A stretch of DNA of 64,000 bases from a bacterium (GTDB lineage: Bacteria; Desulfobacterota; DSWW01), in contig JBFLZG010000080.1 of the NCBI GenBank assembly GCA_040756235.1, positions 20,892-84,891 of the forward strand, read 5' to 3'. A model generated the notes under the pieces. That model ran no database searches and was not told where the DNA came from. It saw only the letters and a program-made list of their open reading frames with translations. The stretch's first letter is position 1, and every line of letters begins with the position of its first letter. A program made the translations under genes and the position numbers. Of this stretch, positions 10,606 to 20,297 are shown one piece after another.

Positions 10606-12541
10606 ATCGGGTAGCCGGGGCGGTTGCCCGCCCCTGGCTCCCACACCACCGTACGTACCGTCCGGTATACGGCGGTTCACGAGAAACGCACGAGTCTGCG
10701 GTGCTCCTCAAGAAGGCTGAGTAAACCCATGGACCGCAAGAGTGAAGTCGGCACAGCCTGGTGCATGTGGCTGGCCCCAGCATTCCACCACGGCCCGTGG
10801 CCGTTGTAGGCAGAGACCGCCGCACGCTCCTCATCCAGCCCGAGCTTGGCCATTTCCTTGCGACGGGTCCGGGGGCGCTTCCACTGCCGCCACAAGGCGG
10901 CGCGCAGCTTCCGTCTTATCCATCCGTCCAGTCCCTCGAAACTGGCCTTGACCTCACTCATCCGGTAATAAGCTACCCAGCCGCGCAGCACGACGCTGAG
11001 CTCCTGGCAGACACGCCTGAGGTTACGTCCCCGTGCGTGTCTGAACAGGGTGTGAAGTTTGGCCTGAAGCCGTTTGACCGACTCCGGAGCCACCTTCAAC
11101 TTGGGTTCCTGGTGCATGGTCACGCTGTACCCCAAAAACTTCCGCTTCCACGGTCGGTCTACAGCGCTCTTTTCCCGGTTGATCCGCAACCGCAGCCGCT
11201 TCCAAAGGAAACGTTCCAGCGATGCCATCACCCGCTCACCCGCTCGCTTCGAGGCCACGTACACGTTGGCATCATCCGCATAGCGGGCAAACCGGTGCCC
11301 CCGGCCTTCTACCTCCTTATCCAGCTCGTCGAGCAGGATATTGCTTAGAAGCGGTGAAAGGGGTCCCCCTTGCGGAGTCCCTTCCACCCGGGGCGACACC
11401 AGCCCGCCTTCCATCGCTCCCGCCTGCAAATACCGGCGGATCAACAGAAGCACCCGTCTGTCCTTCACCCGTCTGGCCACCCGTGCCATCAGCACGTCGT
11501 GGTTCACACGGTCGAAGAATTTTTCGAGGTCCAGATCTACGACCCATCGATATCCCGCGGCCATGTGCTGTCGGGCTCGCCGTACCGCATCATGGGCGCT
11601 TCGGCCCGGTCGGAAGCCGTAGCTGTCCGCCGAGAACGTGGGATCGAAGATGGGCGTGAGCACCTGGAGCAGGGCCTGCTGGATCAAACGGTCCAGCACC
11701 GTCGGAATCCCCAGCGCTCGCGTCCCCTTCCCCGCCGGCTTGGGTATCTCTACCCGCCGTACCGGTTCCGGTTCATACCTGCCGCTGAGCAACTCCTCCC
11801 GAATCCGCGCCCAGTGCTCCCGGCAGTGCGGCATCAGTTCCTCGACGGTCATTCCGTCGATCCCTGGAGCCCCCCCGTTTTGCACCACGCGCCGGTATGC
11901 GGCCCTAAGATTCTCTCGCGCGCATACCTTCTCCATGAGACCCGCATCCCCGTCCCCGGCTCTTCCGTCGCATGCCGTGCCCGCTTGGCGCGCTCGACCC
12001 CTACCGTCGGCGGTTCCGCCGCCTGCTCTCCGGGCTCGCTCCGGCCTCTCAGCCCTCTTGGCTGCGCCTCCCTCAGGCATCGAATGCTCCAGTGCCGGTT
12101 CGGCTCCTCGTGTTCGGCCCTTCACCGCCATGCGCGGCGGCTACTATGGCCTCGGCTGACTTCTGCCCGCCCGTCGCCACACCTTTCGGTGTGACTAGCC
12201 TTGCGGCAGGCTGAGCAGATCTCCCGGGGTAAGACGCGTGACCTTCGCCCCATCCATCCGCCGCATCTACGCTCGCCAAGTCCGGGTGACTGCGGGCTTC
12301 GGGTCGATTTGCCCCCTCGCCCACCCGGCGAACGCCTCGTATGCGGTTCGTGTTCCTCGGACCGGGGCTTTGCCTCCAGCTTCCTTCCCACCCTACCTCG
12401 CGGTAGCGCAGTTGCTGTTCGGCTAAGGGTACCCGTCACCTGGGCCCCTAGAGGACTTTCACCTCCAAGTCACTTCCCGGTTCGCTTTCGCTCACCGGTT
12501 TACAGCGCCGCTCACGGCGCTGCGCGCCGTGCCCGGCGCAC
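10606..12541 (-). mobile_element. Group II intron, class IIC, full length (1936 nt)
   Basis: Minus-strand 5' end GTGCGCCGGGC at 12541; DIII-like GCAGAAGTCAGCCGAGGCCATAGTA...GAAGGGCCGAAC; short DV GAACCGCCGTATACCGGACGGTACGTACGGTGGTGT; DVI ending CTACCCGAT at 10606; stem-loop immediately upstream. Confidence 0.93.
10677..12080 (-). CDS. ltrA: Group II intron reverse transcriptase/maturase without endonuclease domain (the track start at 12131 lies in intron RNA structure)
   Basis: GAPGIDG, LGIPTVLDRLIQQA, SYGFRPGRSAH, DLEKFFD, GTPQGGPLSPLL, RYADD, FLGY, then the maturase X domain. Confidence 0.95.
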   Translation of the reverse strand: MPEGGAAKRAERPERARRAGGGTADGRGRARQAGTACDGRAGDGDAGLMEKVCARENLRAAYRRVVQNGGAPGIDGMTVEELMPHCREHWARIREELLSGRYEPEPVRRVEIPKPAGKGTRALGIPTVLDRLIQQALLQVLTPIFDPTFSADSYGFRPGRSAHDAVRRARQHMAAGYRWVVDLDLEKFFDRVNHDVLMARVARRVKDRRVLLLIRRYLQAGAMEGGLVSPRVEGTPQGGPLSPLLSNILLDELDKEVEGRGHRFARYADDANVYVASKRAGERVMASLERFLWKRLRLRINREKSAVDRPWKRKFLGYSVTMHQEPKLKVAPESVKRLQAKLHTLFRHARGRNLRRVCQELSVVLRGWVAYYRMSEVKASFEGLDGWIRRKLRAALWRQWKRPRTRRKEMAKLGLDEERAAVSAYNGHGPWWNAGASHMHQAVPTSLLRSMGLLSLLEEHRRLVRFS

Positions 12542-12548
12542 AAATGCA

Positions 12549-12579
12549 GAAGGCCGCCTTCTGGTGAAGGGCGGCCTTC
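12549..12579 (-). terminator. Intrinsic terminator-like hairpin after comEA; target structure for the intron
   Basis: GAAGGCCGCC-TTC-TGGT-GAA-G-GGCGGCCTTC hairpin; on the minus strand it is followed by TGCATTT and then the intron 5' end. Confidence 0.8.
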
Positions 12580-12649
12580 CGTGACGCATGCGCACGTCGT
12601 GCTTACCGGTGCGCGCGAGCAGGTCCTCGAGCCAGCTCGGGCAGGATCC

Positions 12650-12946
12650 CTACTTGACCGTGATCAGGGGCCTCAGCTGCTCGAAGTTCTTGTCTCCGAT
12701 CCCCTGGACCCCTTTGAGATCCTCCACGGCCTTGAAGGGCCCGTTCTTCTGGCGGTAGTCGATGATCCGCTCGGCCATCTTCTCGCCGACCTTGGGCAGC
12801 TGAACGAGCTCGTCAGCTGCGGCCGTATTGATGTTGACCGCCTTGGTCTTCTCCGGCCCTGCCGCCTGTGCAAGGGCAAGCGGAGAAGTCCAGGCCAGGA
12901 GCAACAGGAACGCGGCCAGGCACAGGAGCGTCTTTCGAGTTCTCAT
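12650..12946 (-). CDS. comEA: ComEA-family helix-hairpin-helix DNA-binding protein, secreted
   Basis: Signal peptide, then VNINTA..ELVQLPKVGEKMAERII.YR..NGPFK.VEDL..V.GIG; GGAGGA RBS upstream. Confidence 0.9.
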   Translation of the reverse strand: MRTRKTLLCLAAFLLLLAWTSPLALAQAAGPEKTKAVNINTAAADELVQLPKVGEKMAERIIDYRQKNGPFKAVEDLKGVQGIGDKNFEQLRPLITVK

Positions 12947-13280
12947 CCTTCTTCCTCCTCTGATTGAAATTGGGGCCAGACACCGAACCGATGGCCGGAT
13001 GCAAGGCAACTGCTGTGCCGGCGCCCTGGGCCGGTCGCGGGCGCAGCGTGCACTCACTCGAAATTCCATCAGAATTCGGGGCGGTCCCGGTCTCCGGCCA
13101 GGCGCGGCAGCGCTCCTGGAGCGGCCATATGACCGGCGTCCTATGCGGCAGATCCTTCACACCGGAAAGCAGCGGGACCGGGTTTTTCGATAGTCCGCGA
13201 CCCGCTTACGAGAAAGAGGGACCCCTTTCCACAGCCGTGTACCGGAGGTCACGGGGAGCCTTCTGGAAACGAATCCTGTA

Positions 13281-13405
13281 CAGGCTGTTCAAAAATGCCC
13301 AGATGCAAGGCAGGCGAAGTTCTGAGGAATGAGGCGTACATGTAGGTACGCCGCAATGACGAAGAACGAGTCGAACGCAGCAGATGGGTGTTTTTCAACA
13401 GCCTG
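13281..13405. mobile_element. MITE-like repeat family B, compact copy (125 bp) with terminal inverted repeats
   Basis: Left end caggctgttcaaaaatgccc versus reverse complement of right end caggctgttgaaaaacaccc (17/20 identical). Confidence 0.8.
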
Positions 13406-14341
13406 TCAGGGCTGGGCCTTCTTCCGGTCCGCGCCATGCTGATCCTGGAGCTGGCGCATCACGTAGACCATCCGGGAGAAAGCCGTGGCGTTGGACAGGA
13501 TGGCGATGACGAAGAGGATGAACCCCATGAGGTAGGGGCCGGCGTCCAGGCCGAGAGTCCCGCGGAGCATGTGGAGGATGGAGCTGAACATGGCCCCGAA
13601 TCCGAGAAACACGACCCGCTCGGGCCGCTGCATCATGCCCACCTTGCAGGTGATCCCGAGGCCTTCGGCCCGGGCGCGGGTGTAGCTCACCATGAGGGAT
13701 CCGCCGAGGCCCAGGAGGATGACGTAGAAGAGGATCGAATCACGGAAATGCGCGGCGAGCCCCAGGAAGATGAGGATCTCGCTGTAACGGTCCATGACCG
13801 AGTCGAAGAAGGCGCCGCGGCTGGAAACCGTGCCGGTCTTTCGTGCGATCCGGCCGTCCAGGATATCCAAGGTCCCGCCGAGCAGGATCACCATGCCGGC
13901 CAGGAACAGCCAGCCCGAGAACAGAAAGACGCAGCCGATCAGGTTGAAGCCGAAGGACAGGGCCGTGATGTAGTTCGGGTTCCACTGTTTCCGGGCCAGG
14001 TAGTTCTCGAGCGGGTAGAGCACGGAGATCCACCAGGCCTGGATCTCGGCTCCCAGGATCCTTTCCGGTCTCTTGGCCCTGTCGGCCGCAGGCGCGTCCG
14101 CGCTGCGCCTGCGCGCGAACTTGAAGATGGCGATGGACACGAGACCGCCGGAGAGAATCAACCCGATCAGCAGGATCCCGAATTTCGTATCCAAGGCAGG
14201 TTGAAAGCGGCCGAGCTCCTGAAGGCCACCCAACAAGATGAGCGCCGCAATCGTGCTCCAGGCGATGAAGGCCGGAAGCGGCACAGGTTCCAGCGAGGCC
14301 TTCTTGGTCATGCGCTTGCGGGAGAACATTCGTCTTGCCAT
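13406..14341 (-). CDS. CDP-alcohol phosphatidyltransferase family protein with extra N-terminal TM segments (start uncertain)
   Basis: PNYIT; DILDGRIAR...GAFFDSVMDRYSE signature; SYTRARAE; RPER. Confidence 0.9.
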   Translation of the reverse strand: MARRMFSRKRMTKKASLEPVPLPAFIAWSTIAALILLGGLQELGRFQPALDTKFGILLIGLILSGGLVSIAIFKFARRRSADAPAADRAKRPERILGAEIQAWWISVLYPLENYLARKQWNPNYITALSFGFNLIGCVFLFSGWLFLAGMVILLGGTLDILDGRIARKTGTVSSRGAFFDSVMDRYSEILIFLGLAAHFRDSILFYVILLGLGGSLMVSYTRARAEGLGITCKVGMMQRPERVVFLGFGAMFSSILHMLRGTLGLDAGPYLMGFILFVIAILSNATAFSRMVYVMRQLQDQHGADRKKAQP

Positions 14342-14500
14342 GATTCCACCGGGACAGCCTTGCAGTGGCTTCATATATTATATCAGCCAGCATACCACAA
14401 GAGGACCCAGCGAAGAAAATCGGCTTCGCCCCTGGCTCGCCCCGAGCCAGGCAAACGGGCACGGGGGTGAAAGGGCAGATAGGACTGCCGGCCCGGCCGC

Positions 14501-14923
14501 CTACCGGCCAAGCGCTTCCTCCAGACGCATGGCGTGCTCCTGCTCCGCAGCCAGGATCTGCCGCAGCTGCTGCGCCAGATGGAACAGCTTCAGCTCTTCC
14601 GCCTCTTGGATGCGCTGCACGTATCTGCGGATAGCCTCGTTCTCCTCCTCGAGCTCGACCTGCAGCATGGTTTCATTGTCCCGGGACGTCCTGACCTGGT
14701 AGAGATCGGCGACGGGAGTACCTCTCAGGTAATGGATCTGCGCCGCCAGCGCGATCGCGTGCCGGACCTCTTCGCCGGCGCGGACCACCAGCTCCTTGCG
14801 GATCCCCATGTGGGCCGCACCCGTCATCACGGCGCTGTGCTGCACGTACTGGACGGCTGCCGTGTATTCCCAGCGGAGATCCTCGTTGAGTCTTTCGATC
14901 AGCTCCTGCGTGGTGATGGACAT
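14501..14923 (-). CDS. Ferritin-like / bacterioferritin-family protein
   Basis: LNEDL..EY.A..QY, EEVRHA, EENEAI..Y, EQEHA di-iron four-helix pattern. Confidence 0.85.
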   Translation of the reverse strand: MSITTQELIERLNEDLRWEYTAAVQYVQHSAVMTGAAHMGIRKELVVRAGEEVRHAIALAAQIHYLRGTPVADLYQVRTSRDNETMLQVELEEENEAIRRYVQRIQEAEELKLFHLAQQLRQILAAEQEHAMRLEEALGR

Positions 14924-14953
14924 GGTCTGCTCCCTCTGCTCGCATGGGACAGC

Positions 14954-14981
14954 ATTTTATCAGAGGCAGCCGCGGTATCAA
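14954..14981 (-). promoter_or_regulatory. Putative sigma-70 promoter of the ferritin-like gene
   Basis: Minus strand TTGATA-N16-TAAAAT with a TG extension. Confidence 0.45.
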
Positions 14982-14997
14982 GGTAAAGACGTGCCCG

Positions 14998-15026
14998 TTT
15001 ACACCCAATCCTCGATTCTATATCAT
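14998..15026 (+). promoter_or_regulatory. Putative sigma-70 promoter of the pab operon
   Basis: TTTACA-N17-TATCAT in an AT-rich divergent intergenic region. Confidence 0.5.
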
Positions 15027-15078
15027 GGCTGCTACCCTTGAATGATGCTGCAATTTCTTGCCGGATGCCGTACGCCCC

Positions 15079-15645
15079 GTGAAAGTCCTCGTGATCGATA
15101 ATTACGATTCCTTCACCTACAACCTCGTCCAGGCCCTGGGCAAAGCGGGTTGCACCGTTCTCGTCCGCCGCAACGACGCCGTTGCCCTGACGGAGGTGGA
15201 GCAGCTCCGGCCGGACCGGATCGTGGTCTCTCCGGGACCCAAGCGCCCGGCCGACGCAGGCATTTCCCGCAGCGTCATCGAGACTTTCGGCCCCCGCATC
15301 CCGCTGCTCGGCGTCTGCCTGGGGATGCAGTGCATGAACGAAGTCTTCGGAGGTCGGACCACCAATGCGCCCGTTTGCGTGCACGGCAAGACCTCGAAGA
15401 TCTTCCATGTAGGGGCCGGGCTTTACCGGGGCCTCCCGAATCCTTTCGACGGCGCGCGCTATCACTCTTTGGTGGCCGACTGCATACCCGACTGCCTCCT
15501 TTTGGAGGCGTGGACCGGGGACCGTGTTCCCATGGGGCTCAGGCACCGCAGATATCCGGTTGTGGGCGTTCAGTTTCATCCGGAGTCGTTCCTCACCCAC
15601 GGGGGAGAGATCCTGTTGGGGAATTTCCTTCACGAGCTCTACTGA
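15079..15645 (+). CDS. pabA: Aminodeoxychorismate/anthranilate synthase component II (glutamine amidotransferase)
   Basis: IDNYDSFTYNL, SPGP, LGVCLGMQ, RYHSL, QFHPES. Confidence 0.92.
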   Translation: MKVLVIDNYDSFTYNLVQALGKAGCTVLVRRNDAVALTEVEQLRPDRIVVSPGPKRPADAGISRSVIETFGPRIPLLGVCLGMQCMNEVFGGRTTNAPVCVHGKTSKIFHVGAGLYRGLPNPFDGARYHSLVADCIPDCLLLEAWTGDRVPMGLRHRRYPVVGVQFHPESFLTHGGEILLGNFLHELY

Positions 15646-15684
15646 GCGCATGCCCGGCCACAGCCCGAGCGAAAGTGTCCTGCC

Positions 15685-17163
15685 GTGACCGATCCTTTGA
15701 GCACACTCGATCTGCCGGCCCGTCCCGAAGGCGTCTTGGAGCTGGACTGCGGCCCTTCGCGGGTCCCGCCCGAGCAGCTCTTTCCGCTTCTGGCCGGTGG
15801 ACCTCACGCGGGCCTGCTCCTCAGCGGCGGCTGTCACCCGCTGAGCCGCTTTTCCTTCATCGGGCTGGATCCCTTTCTGGTCCTGACTTCCCGGGGCAGG
15901 CAGATCATGCTGGAGCTGCCGCCCGAGGGTCGGACCGGGAAGGTGGAGGGAGACCCGTTCGAGATTCTCAGAAGCGTGCTGGATCTTTGCCGGCTGAGGG
16001 AAGCCCCGGCCCCGGGGGCGCCTCCCTTTCGGGCAGGCGGCATCGGCTACCTGAGCTACGAGCTCGGGCGGCACATCGAGCGGCTGCCCGCTACGACCCT
16101 GGATGACCTGGAGCTGCCGGAGCTGTACTTCGCCTTCTATCGGACCATCCTCTGCCACGACCGCGAGAGCAGCTCTTACAAGCTCTTCTGCCTCCAGCAG
16201 CCGGGGCGGCCGGACGCGCTGCAAGCGCAGGCTCCAGCCTGGCGCGGCCGGATCTCGCGCCTTCTCGAATCAGCGGCAAGAAAGAGGGGCCGATATCGGC
16301 GGAGCGATCTCGCCCCCGACCTGCAGTCCGACTTCACCAAGCTCGACTACCTGGCCGCCGTCCGCCGCGCTCTCGACTACATCCGGGAGGGGGACATCTA
16401 CCAGGTGAATCTCTCGCAACGGTTCCGCGGCCGCTACAGCGGCGACTCCTACGGGCTCTTCCTCAAGCTCTTCGAGATCAACCCGGCTCCGTTTTTCGCC
16501 TACCTCGATCCCGGACCCTTCCAGGTGATCTGCTCCTCGCCCGAGCGGTTCTTCAAGGTGGAAGCCGGCCGCGTGGAGACGCGCCCGATCAAAGGCACCC
16601 TGCCGCGCGGCAGCACGGCGGATCAGGATGCCCGCTACCGGCAGGAGCTGCTGCGGAGCGCCAAGAACCTGGCCGAGCTCGCCATGATCACCGACCTGCT
16701 ACGCAACGACCTGGGCCGCGTATGCGCGTACGGGTCGGTGCGCGTCGAGGACTTTCCCCGGCTGGAGGCCTACACGAACGTGTTCCACCTGGTCAGCATC
16801 GTGAGCGGCACGCTGGCCCCGGGCCGCAACGGGATCGACCTTCTCAGGGCCGCCTTTCCCGGAGGCTCCATCACCGGGTGCCCCAAGATCCGCTCCATGG
16901 AGATCATCGACGAGCTCGAGCCGACGGCCCGATCGGTGTACACGGGGGCGATCGGATACGTCGGCTTCGACGGGTCCATGGACCTCAACGTCGCCATTCG
17001 CACGCTCATCCGCAAGGGGGGGGAGATCTTCTACCAGGTGGGGGGCGGAATCGTGTTCGACTCGGATCCGGAATCCGAATACGAGGAGACTCTCCACAAG
17101 GCGGCCTCCATCCGGGACGCGGTCCTGGCTACGGCGCCCGGACGAAGGCGTGACAACCCGTGA
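15685..17163 (+). CDS. pabB: Aminodeoxychorismate synthase component I
   Basis: GDIYQVNLSQ, SSPERF, TRPIKGT (PabB-type), DLLRNDLGRV, FPGGSITGCPK. Confidence 0.92.
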   Translation: MTDPLSTLDLPARPEGVLELDCGPSRVPPEQLFPLLAGGPHAGLLLSGGCHPLSRFSFIGLDPFLVLTSRGRQIMLELPPEGRTGKVEGDPFEILRSVLDLCRLREAPAPGAPPFRAGGIGYLSYELGRHIERLPATTLDDLELPELYFAFYRTILCHDRESSSYKLFCLQQPGRPDALQAQAPAWRGRISRLLESAARKRGRYRRSDLAPDLQSDFTKLDYLAAVRRALDYIREGDIYQVNLSQRFRGRYSGDSYGLFLKLFEINPAPFFAYLDPGPFQVICSSPERFFKVEAGRVETRPIKGTLPRGSTADQDARYRQELLRSAKNLAELAMITDLLRNDLGRVCAYGSVRVEDFPRLEAYTNVFHLVSIVSGTLAPGRNGIDLLRAAFPGGSITGCPKIRSMEIIDELEPTARSVYTGAIGYVGFDGSMDLNVAIRTLIRKGGEIFYQVGGGIVFDSDPESEYEETLHKAASIRDAVLATAPGRRRDNP

Positions 17164-17199
17164 CCCGGCGAGCTCGAATACCGCGGCCCAATCGCGTGC

Positions 17200-17227
17200 G
17201 CAGGGGCGTATGGCCATACGCCCCTAC
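17200..17227. repeat. GTAG-type REP-like palindrome
   Basis: gcaggggcgtatggccatacgcccctac; near-identical perfect palindrome at 39756-39783; variants near 22190-22271 and 56908-56976. Confidence 0.75.
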
Positions 17228-17281
17228 TTGCGGGTAGGGTGGAGCCATCCAATATTGGAGAACCCGAGAAGGAGATTTTCC

Positions 17282-19198
17282 ATGTCCCCAGGAGAGTGCT
17301 CCGGAGAGATCGAGGAGCTCAAGAAGAGCTGGGCGGACAAGTTCCCTCCCGAGGAGCAGATCTTCGCCAACATCCACCCGGGCGACCAGATCTTCGTGGG
17401 CACGGCCTGCGGCGAGCCCCAGTACCTGGTCCGGGCCCTGATCGACTATGTACGCTCCAATCCCAAGGCCTTCTTCGACGCGGAGATCCTCCAGGTCGTC
17501 ACGCTGGGCGTGGCGCCCTACGGGGACCAGAAGTTCAAGAAGAACTTCCGCCACAACCTCTTCTTCATCGCCGGCAACACCCGAACGGCAGTCAATCAGG
17601 GGCTCGCGGACTACTCGCCCATGTTCCTCTCGCAGGTGCCGAGGGTGTTCTACAGCAAGCTGCAACCGGTCGACGTGGCCATGGTCCAGGTCTCTGCGCC
17701 CGACCGCCACGGGTACATGAGCCTGGGCGTCAGCCTGGACATCACCCGGGCCGCGGTGGAAAACGCCAGGACCGTCATCGCCCAGATCAACGGCTATATG
17801 CCGCGCGTCCACGGCGACACGTTCCTGCACGTGCGGGACATCGATTACCTCGTCCATCACGACGAGCCTCTGCTCGAGTACGAGGAGAGCGTCCCGGACG
17901 AGATCGCCGGCCGGATCGGGCAGTACGTGGCGCGCATCGTCGAAGACGGAGACACGCTGCAGGTGGGCTACGGCAGCCTGCCGAACGCCATCCTGGCGCA
18001 GCTTCGGAGCAAGCGGCACCTGGGCATCCACACGGAGCTGCTCACCGAGGGCATCGTCGAGCTCATGAAGGAGGGGGTGGTGGACAACAGCCGCAAGACG
18101 CTTTTGCGCGGCAAGACGATCGCCACCTTCTGCATGGGCAACCAGAAGACCTACGAGTACCTGCACGACAACCCGAGCATCGAGTTCAGGACCATCGACT
18201 TCACCAACAACCCGCTCACGATCGCCCGCAACCGCCACATGACGGCGATCAACAGCGCCCTGCAGGTCGATCTCACGGGCCAATCCTCCTCGGAGTCGAT
18301 CGGCCGGCAATTCTACAGCGGGATCGGAGGCCACGCCGACTTCATGCGCGGCGCGGTCCTGTCTCCGGGCGGCAAGACCATCCTGACGGTCCAGTCCACC
18401 GCCGAGGGCGGAAAGGTCTCCAGGATCGTCCCGTTCCTGCACGAGGGCGCGGGCGTGACGCTCACCCGCGGCGACGTGCAGTACGTCGTGACCGAGTACG
18501 GCATCGCTTACCTCCAGGGAAAGAACATCCGCGAGCGTGCCATGGACCTCATCGCGATCGCACACCCGAATTTCCGGCAGGGCCTGATCGAAGAGGCGAA
18601 GAAAGCGGGTCTGATCTACCGGGACCAGGCCTTCATCCCCGGCCAGGCGGGAGAGTACCCCGAGTCGCTCGAGACGTACCGGACGACCAAGAGCGGCCAG
18701 ACCATTCTGCTGAGGCCGGTCAAGATCAGCGACGAGCCGCTCCTCAAGAACTTTTTCTATTCCCTTTCGGAGAGAACGATCTATTACCGGTTCATTTCGG
18801 TGCGCAAGGACATGCCCCACGAGCGGCTGCAGGAGTTCGTAGTCATCGACTACACGAAACGAACGGTCATCCTGGCCGTGCTCGAGCAGCCCGAAAAGGA
18901 AGAGATCATCGGCGTGGGCCAGTACGACATCAGCGGGGACGCCCACACCGGCGACGCGGCCCTGGTGGTGCGAGACGATTACCAGAACCAGGGCATCGGT
19001 CATCACCTGCTCGCCTACCTGACGCAACTGGCCAAGCGCCAGGGGCTGCTCGCCTTCACGGCCAGCGTTCTCATGGAGAACAAGGCCATGCTGCATCTGC
19101 TGCGGAAGATGGGGTTCGGTATCGAGAAGAGGAGCGAGGGAGGGGTATACGAGATGAGGCTGGCCTTCCGCGAGGGCACGGAGTATGAGAGGCGTTAG
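17282..19198 (+). CDS. Acetyl-CoA hydrolase/CoA-transferase fused to a C-terminal GNAT acetyltransferase
   Basis: GYMSLG, GDTLQVGYG, LGIHTE (catalytic Glu), GIGGHADF, VTEYG; C-terminal RF...VRDDYQNQGIG...VLMENKAM GNAT; AAGGAG RBS before 17282. Confidence 0.9.
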   Translation: MSPGECSGEIEELKKSWADKFPPEEQIFANIHPGDQIFVGTACGEPQYLVRALIDYVRSNPKAFFDAEILQVVTLGVAPYGDQKFKKNFRHNLFFIAGNTRTAVNQGLADYSPMFLSQVPRVFYSKLQPVDVAMVQVSAPDRHGYMSLGVSLDITRAAVENARTVIAQINGYMPRVHGDTFLHVRDIDYLVHHDEPLLEYEESVPDEIAGRIGQYVARIVEDGDTLQVGYGSLPNAILAQLRSKRHLGIHTELLTEGIVELMKEGVVDNSRKTLLRGKTIATFCMGNQKTYEYLHDNPSIEFRTIDFTNNPLTIARNRHMTAINSALQVDLTGQSSSESIGRQFYSGIGGHADFMRGAVLSPGGKTILTVQSTAEGGKVSRIVPFLHEGAGVTLTRGDVQYVVTEYGIAYLQGKNIRERAMDLIAIAHPNFRQGLIEEAKKAGLIYRDQAFIPGQAGEYPESLETYRTTKSGQTILLRPVKISDEPLLKNFFYSLSERTIYYRFISVRKDMPHERLQEFVVIDYTKRTVILAVLEQPEKEEIIGVGQYDISGDAHTGDAALVVRDDYQNQGIGHHLLAYLTQLAKRQGLLAFTASVLMENKAMLHLLRKMGFGIEKRSEGGVYEMRLAFREGTEYERR

Positions 19199-19262
19199 CG
19201 ACTCGGCCGCGTTTCCCGCGCCTCGCAGCGGCGCCTGCTTGCCGCGCCCGGAAACAGTGAAC

Positions 19263-19362
19263 TCCCTCTCCCCCGCTGCACGGGGGAGAGGGTCGGAGTA
19301 GGGGGGAACGAGGGCAGATGCACCCCTCATCCTGGCCTTCTCCCCTCGGTGAGGGGAGAAGG
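19263..19362. repeat. CCCTCTCCC...GGGAGAGGG palindromic repeat family C (paired copies)
   Basis: ccctctcccc...ggggagaggg and ccttctcccc...ggggagaagg; also at 22315, 29607, 29729 and 45042-45140. Confidence 0.75.
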
Positions 19363-19430
19363 TGCGAGCCCTGGGACGGCAGGAATCTTGCACGCCAAGA
19401 GGTTACGCGCAGAGTAAACGGGGAGCACCC

Positions 19431-20282
19431 GTGCACTATCTGGCTTTGAACGGCAGGATCGTTCCCGAAGAGCAGGCCTTCATTTCACCGCTCGACCGCG
19501 GGTTCCTGTACGGAGACGGCCTGTTCGAGACCCTGAAAGCGCGACGGGACCGCATCTTCTTCCTGGACAGGCACCTTGCCCGCCTCGAGCGGGACTGCCT
19601 GTTCCTGGGGATCTCTTTCCCGGCCGGGCTGGACTACCGGGGTCTGATCCTGGAGCTTCTGGAAAGGAATCGGATCCGCGGCGACGGCGCCGTGAAGATC
19701 CATGTCACCCGCGGGAGGCACGAGGGGCTGCTCTATCTGCACGAGTCTCCGTCGCCGACGGTGACGATCCTGGCGAGCCCCTACCAGGCGGCGGCCCCGG
19801 ACAAATGGGAGCAAGGGCTCAGCGTGTCCGTGGAGACGGACATCCGGCAGAATCCCTCGAGCGGTCTGTGCCAGGCGAAGACGCTGAATTACCTCTTCTA
19901 CCTGCTCCTGCGGACGCGCGCTCGCGCAAAGGGTTTCGAAGACGCGGTGATCCTGAATCACGACGGAGACGTCTGCGAGTGCACGGCATCCAATCTGTTC
20001 GCCTTTCGGGGCGGGCGGCTGCAGACGCCTGAAGTGACTTGCGGGCTCCTGCCGGGCGTTCTGCGCGAAACGCTGATCGAGTGCATGGCCGAGGCAGGCG
20101 AGCCGGTGGTGGAGGCGAGGCTCTCCACGGAGGAGTTGCTGGAGAGCGCAGAGGTCTTCGTCACCAACTCCCTTGCCGAAGTGCTTCCGGTCGGTCGGAT
20201 CGACGGGAAGGTCCTGCCCGTCAGGGACAAGACGAAGGCCGTGCGGGCGCGCTACCAGGCCTGGATAAAGGACAAAAGGTAA
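19431..20282 (+). CDS. pabC: Class IV PLP enzyme, probably 4-amino-4-deoxychorismate lyase
   Basis: DRGFLYGDGLFET, HLARL, AKTLNY, ECTASNLF, LLPGVLR, TNS; context with pabAB. Confidence 0.75.
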   Translation: MHYLALNGRIVPEEQAFISPLDRGFLYGDGLFETLKARRDRIFFLDRHLARLERDCLFLGISFPAGLDYRGLILELLERNRIRGDGAVKIHVTRGRHEGLLYLHESPSPTVTILASPYQAAAPDKWEQGLSVSVETDIRQNPSSGLCQAKTLNYLFYLLLRTRARAKGFEDAVILNHDGDVCECTASNLFAFRGGRLQTPEVTCGLLPGVLRETLIECMAEAGEPVVEARLSTEELLESAEVFVTNSLAEVLPVGRIDGKVLPVRDKTKAVRARYQAWIKDKR

Positions 20283-20297
20283 TCTCGAGGAAACGGT

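Noticed and set aside
10677..12131. RT considered as a retron, DGR or defence RT
   Set aside because: It has the maturase domain and is enclosed by canonical group IIC intron RNA ends.
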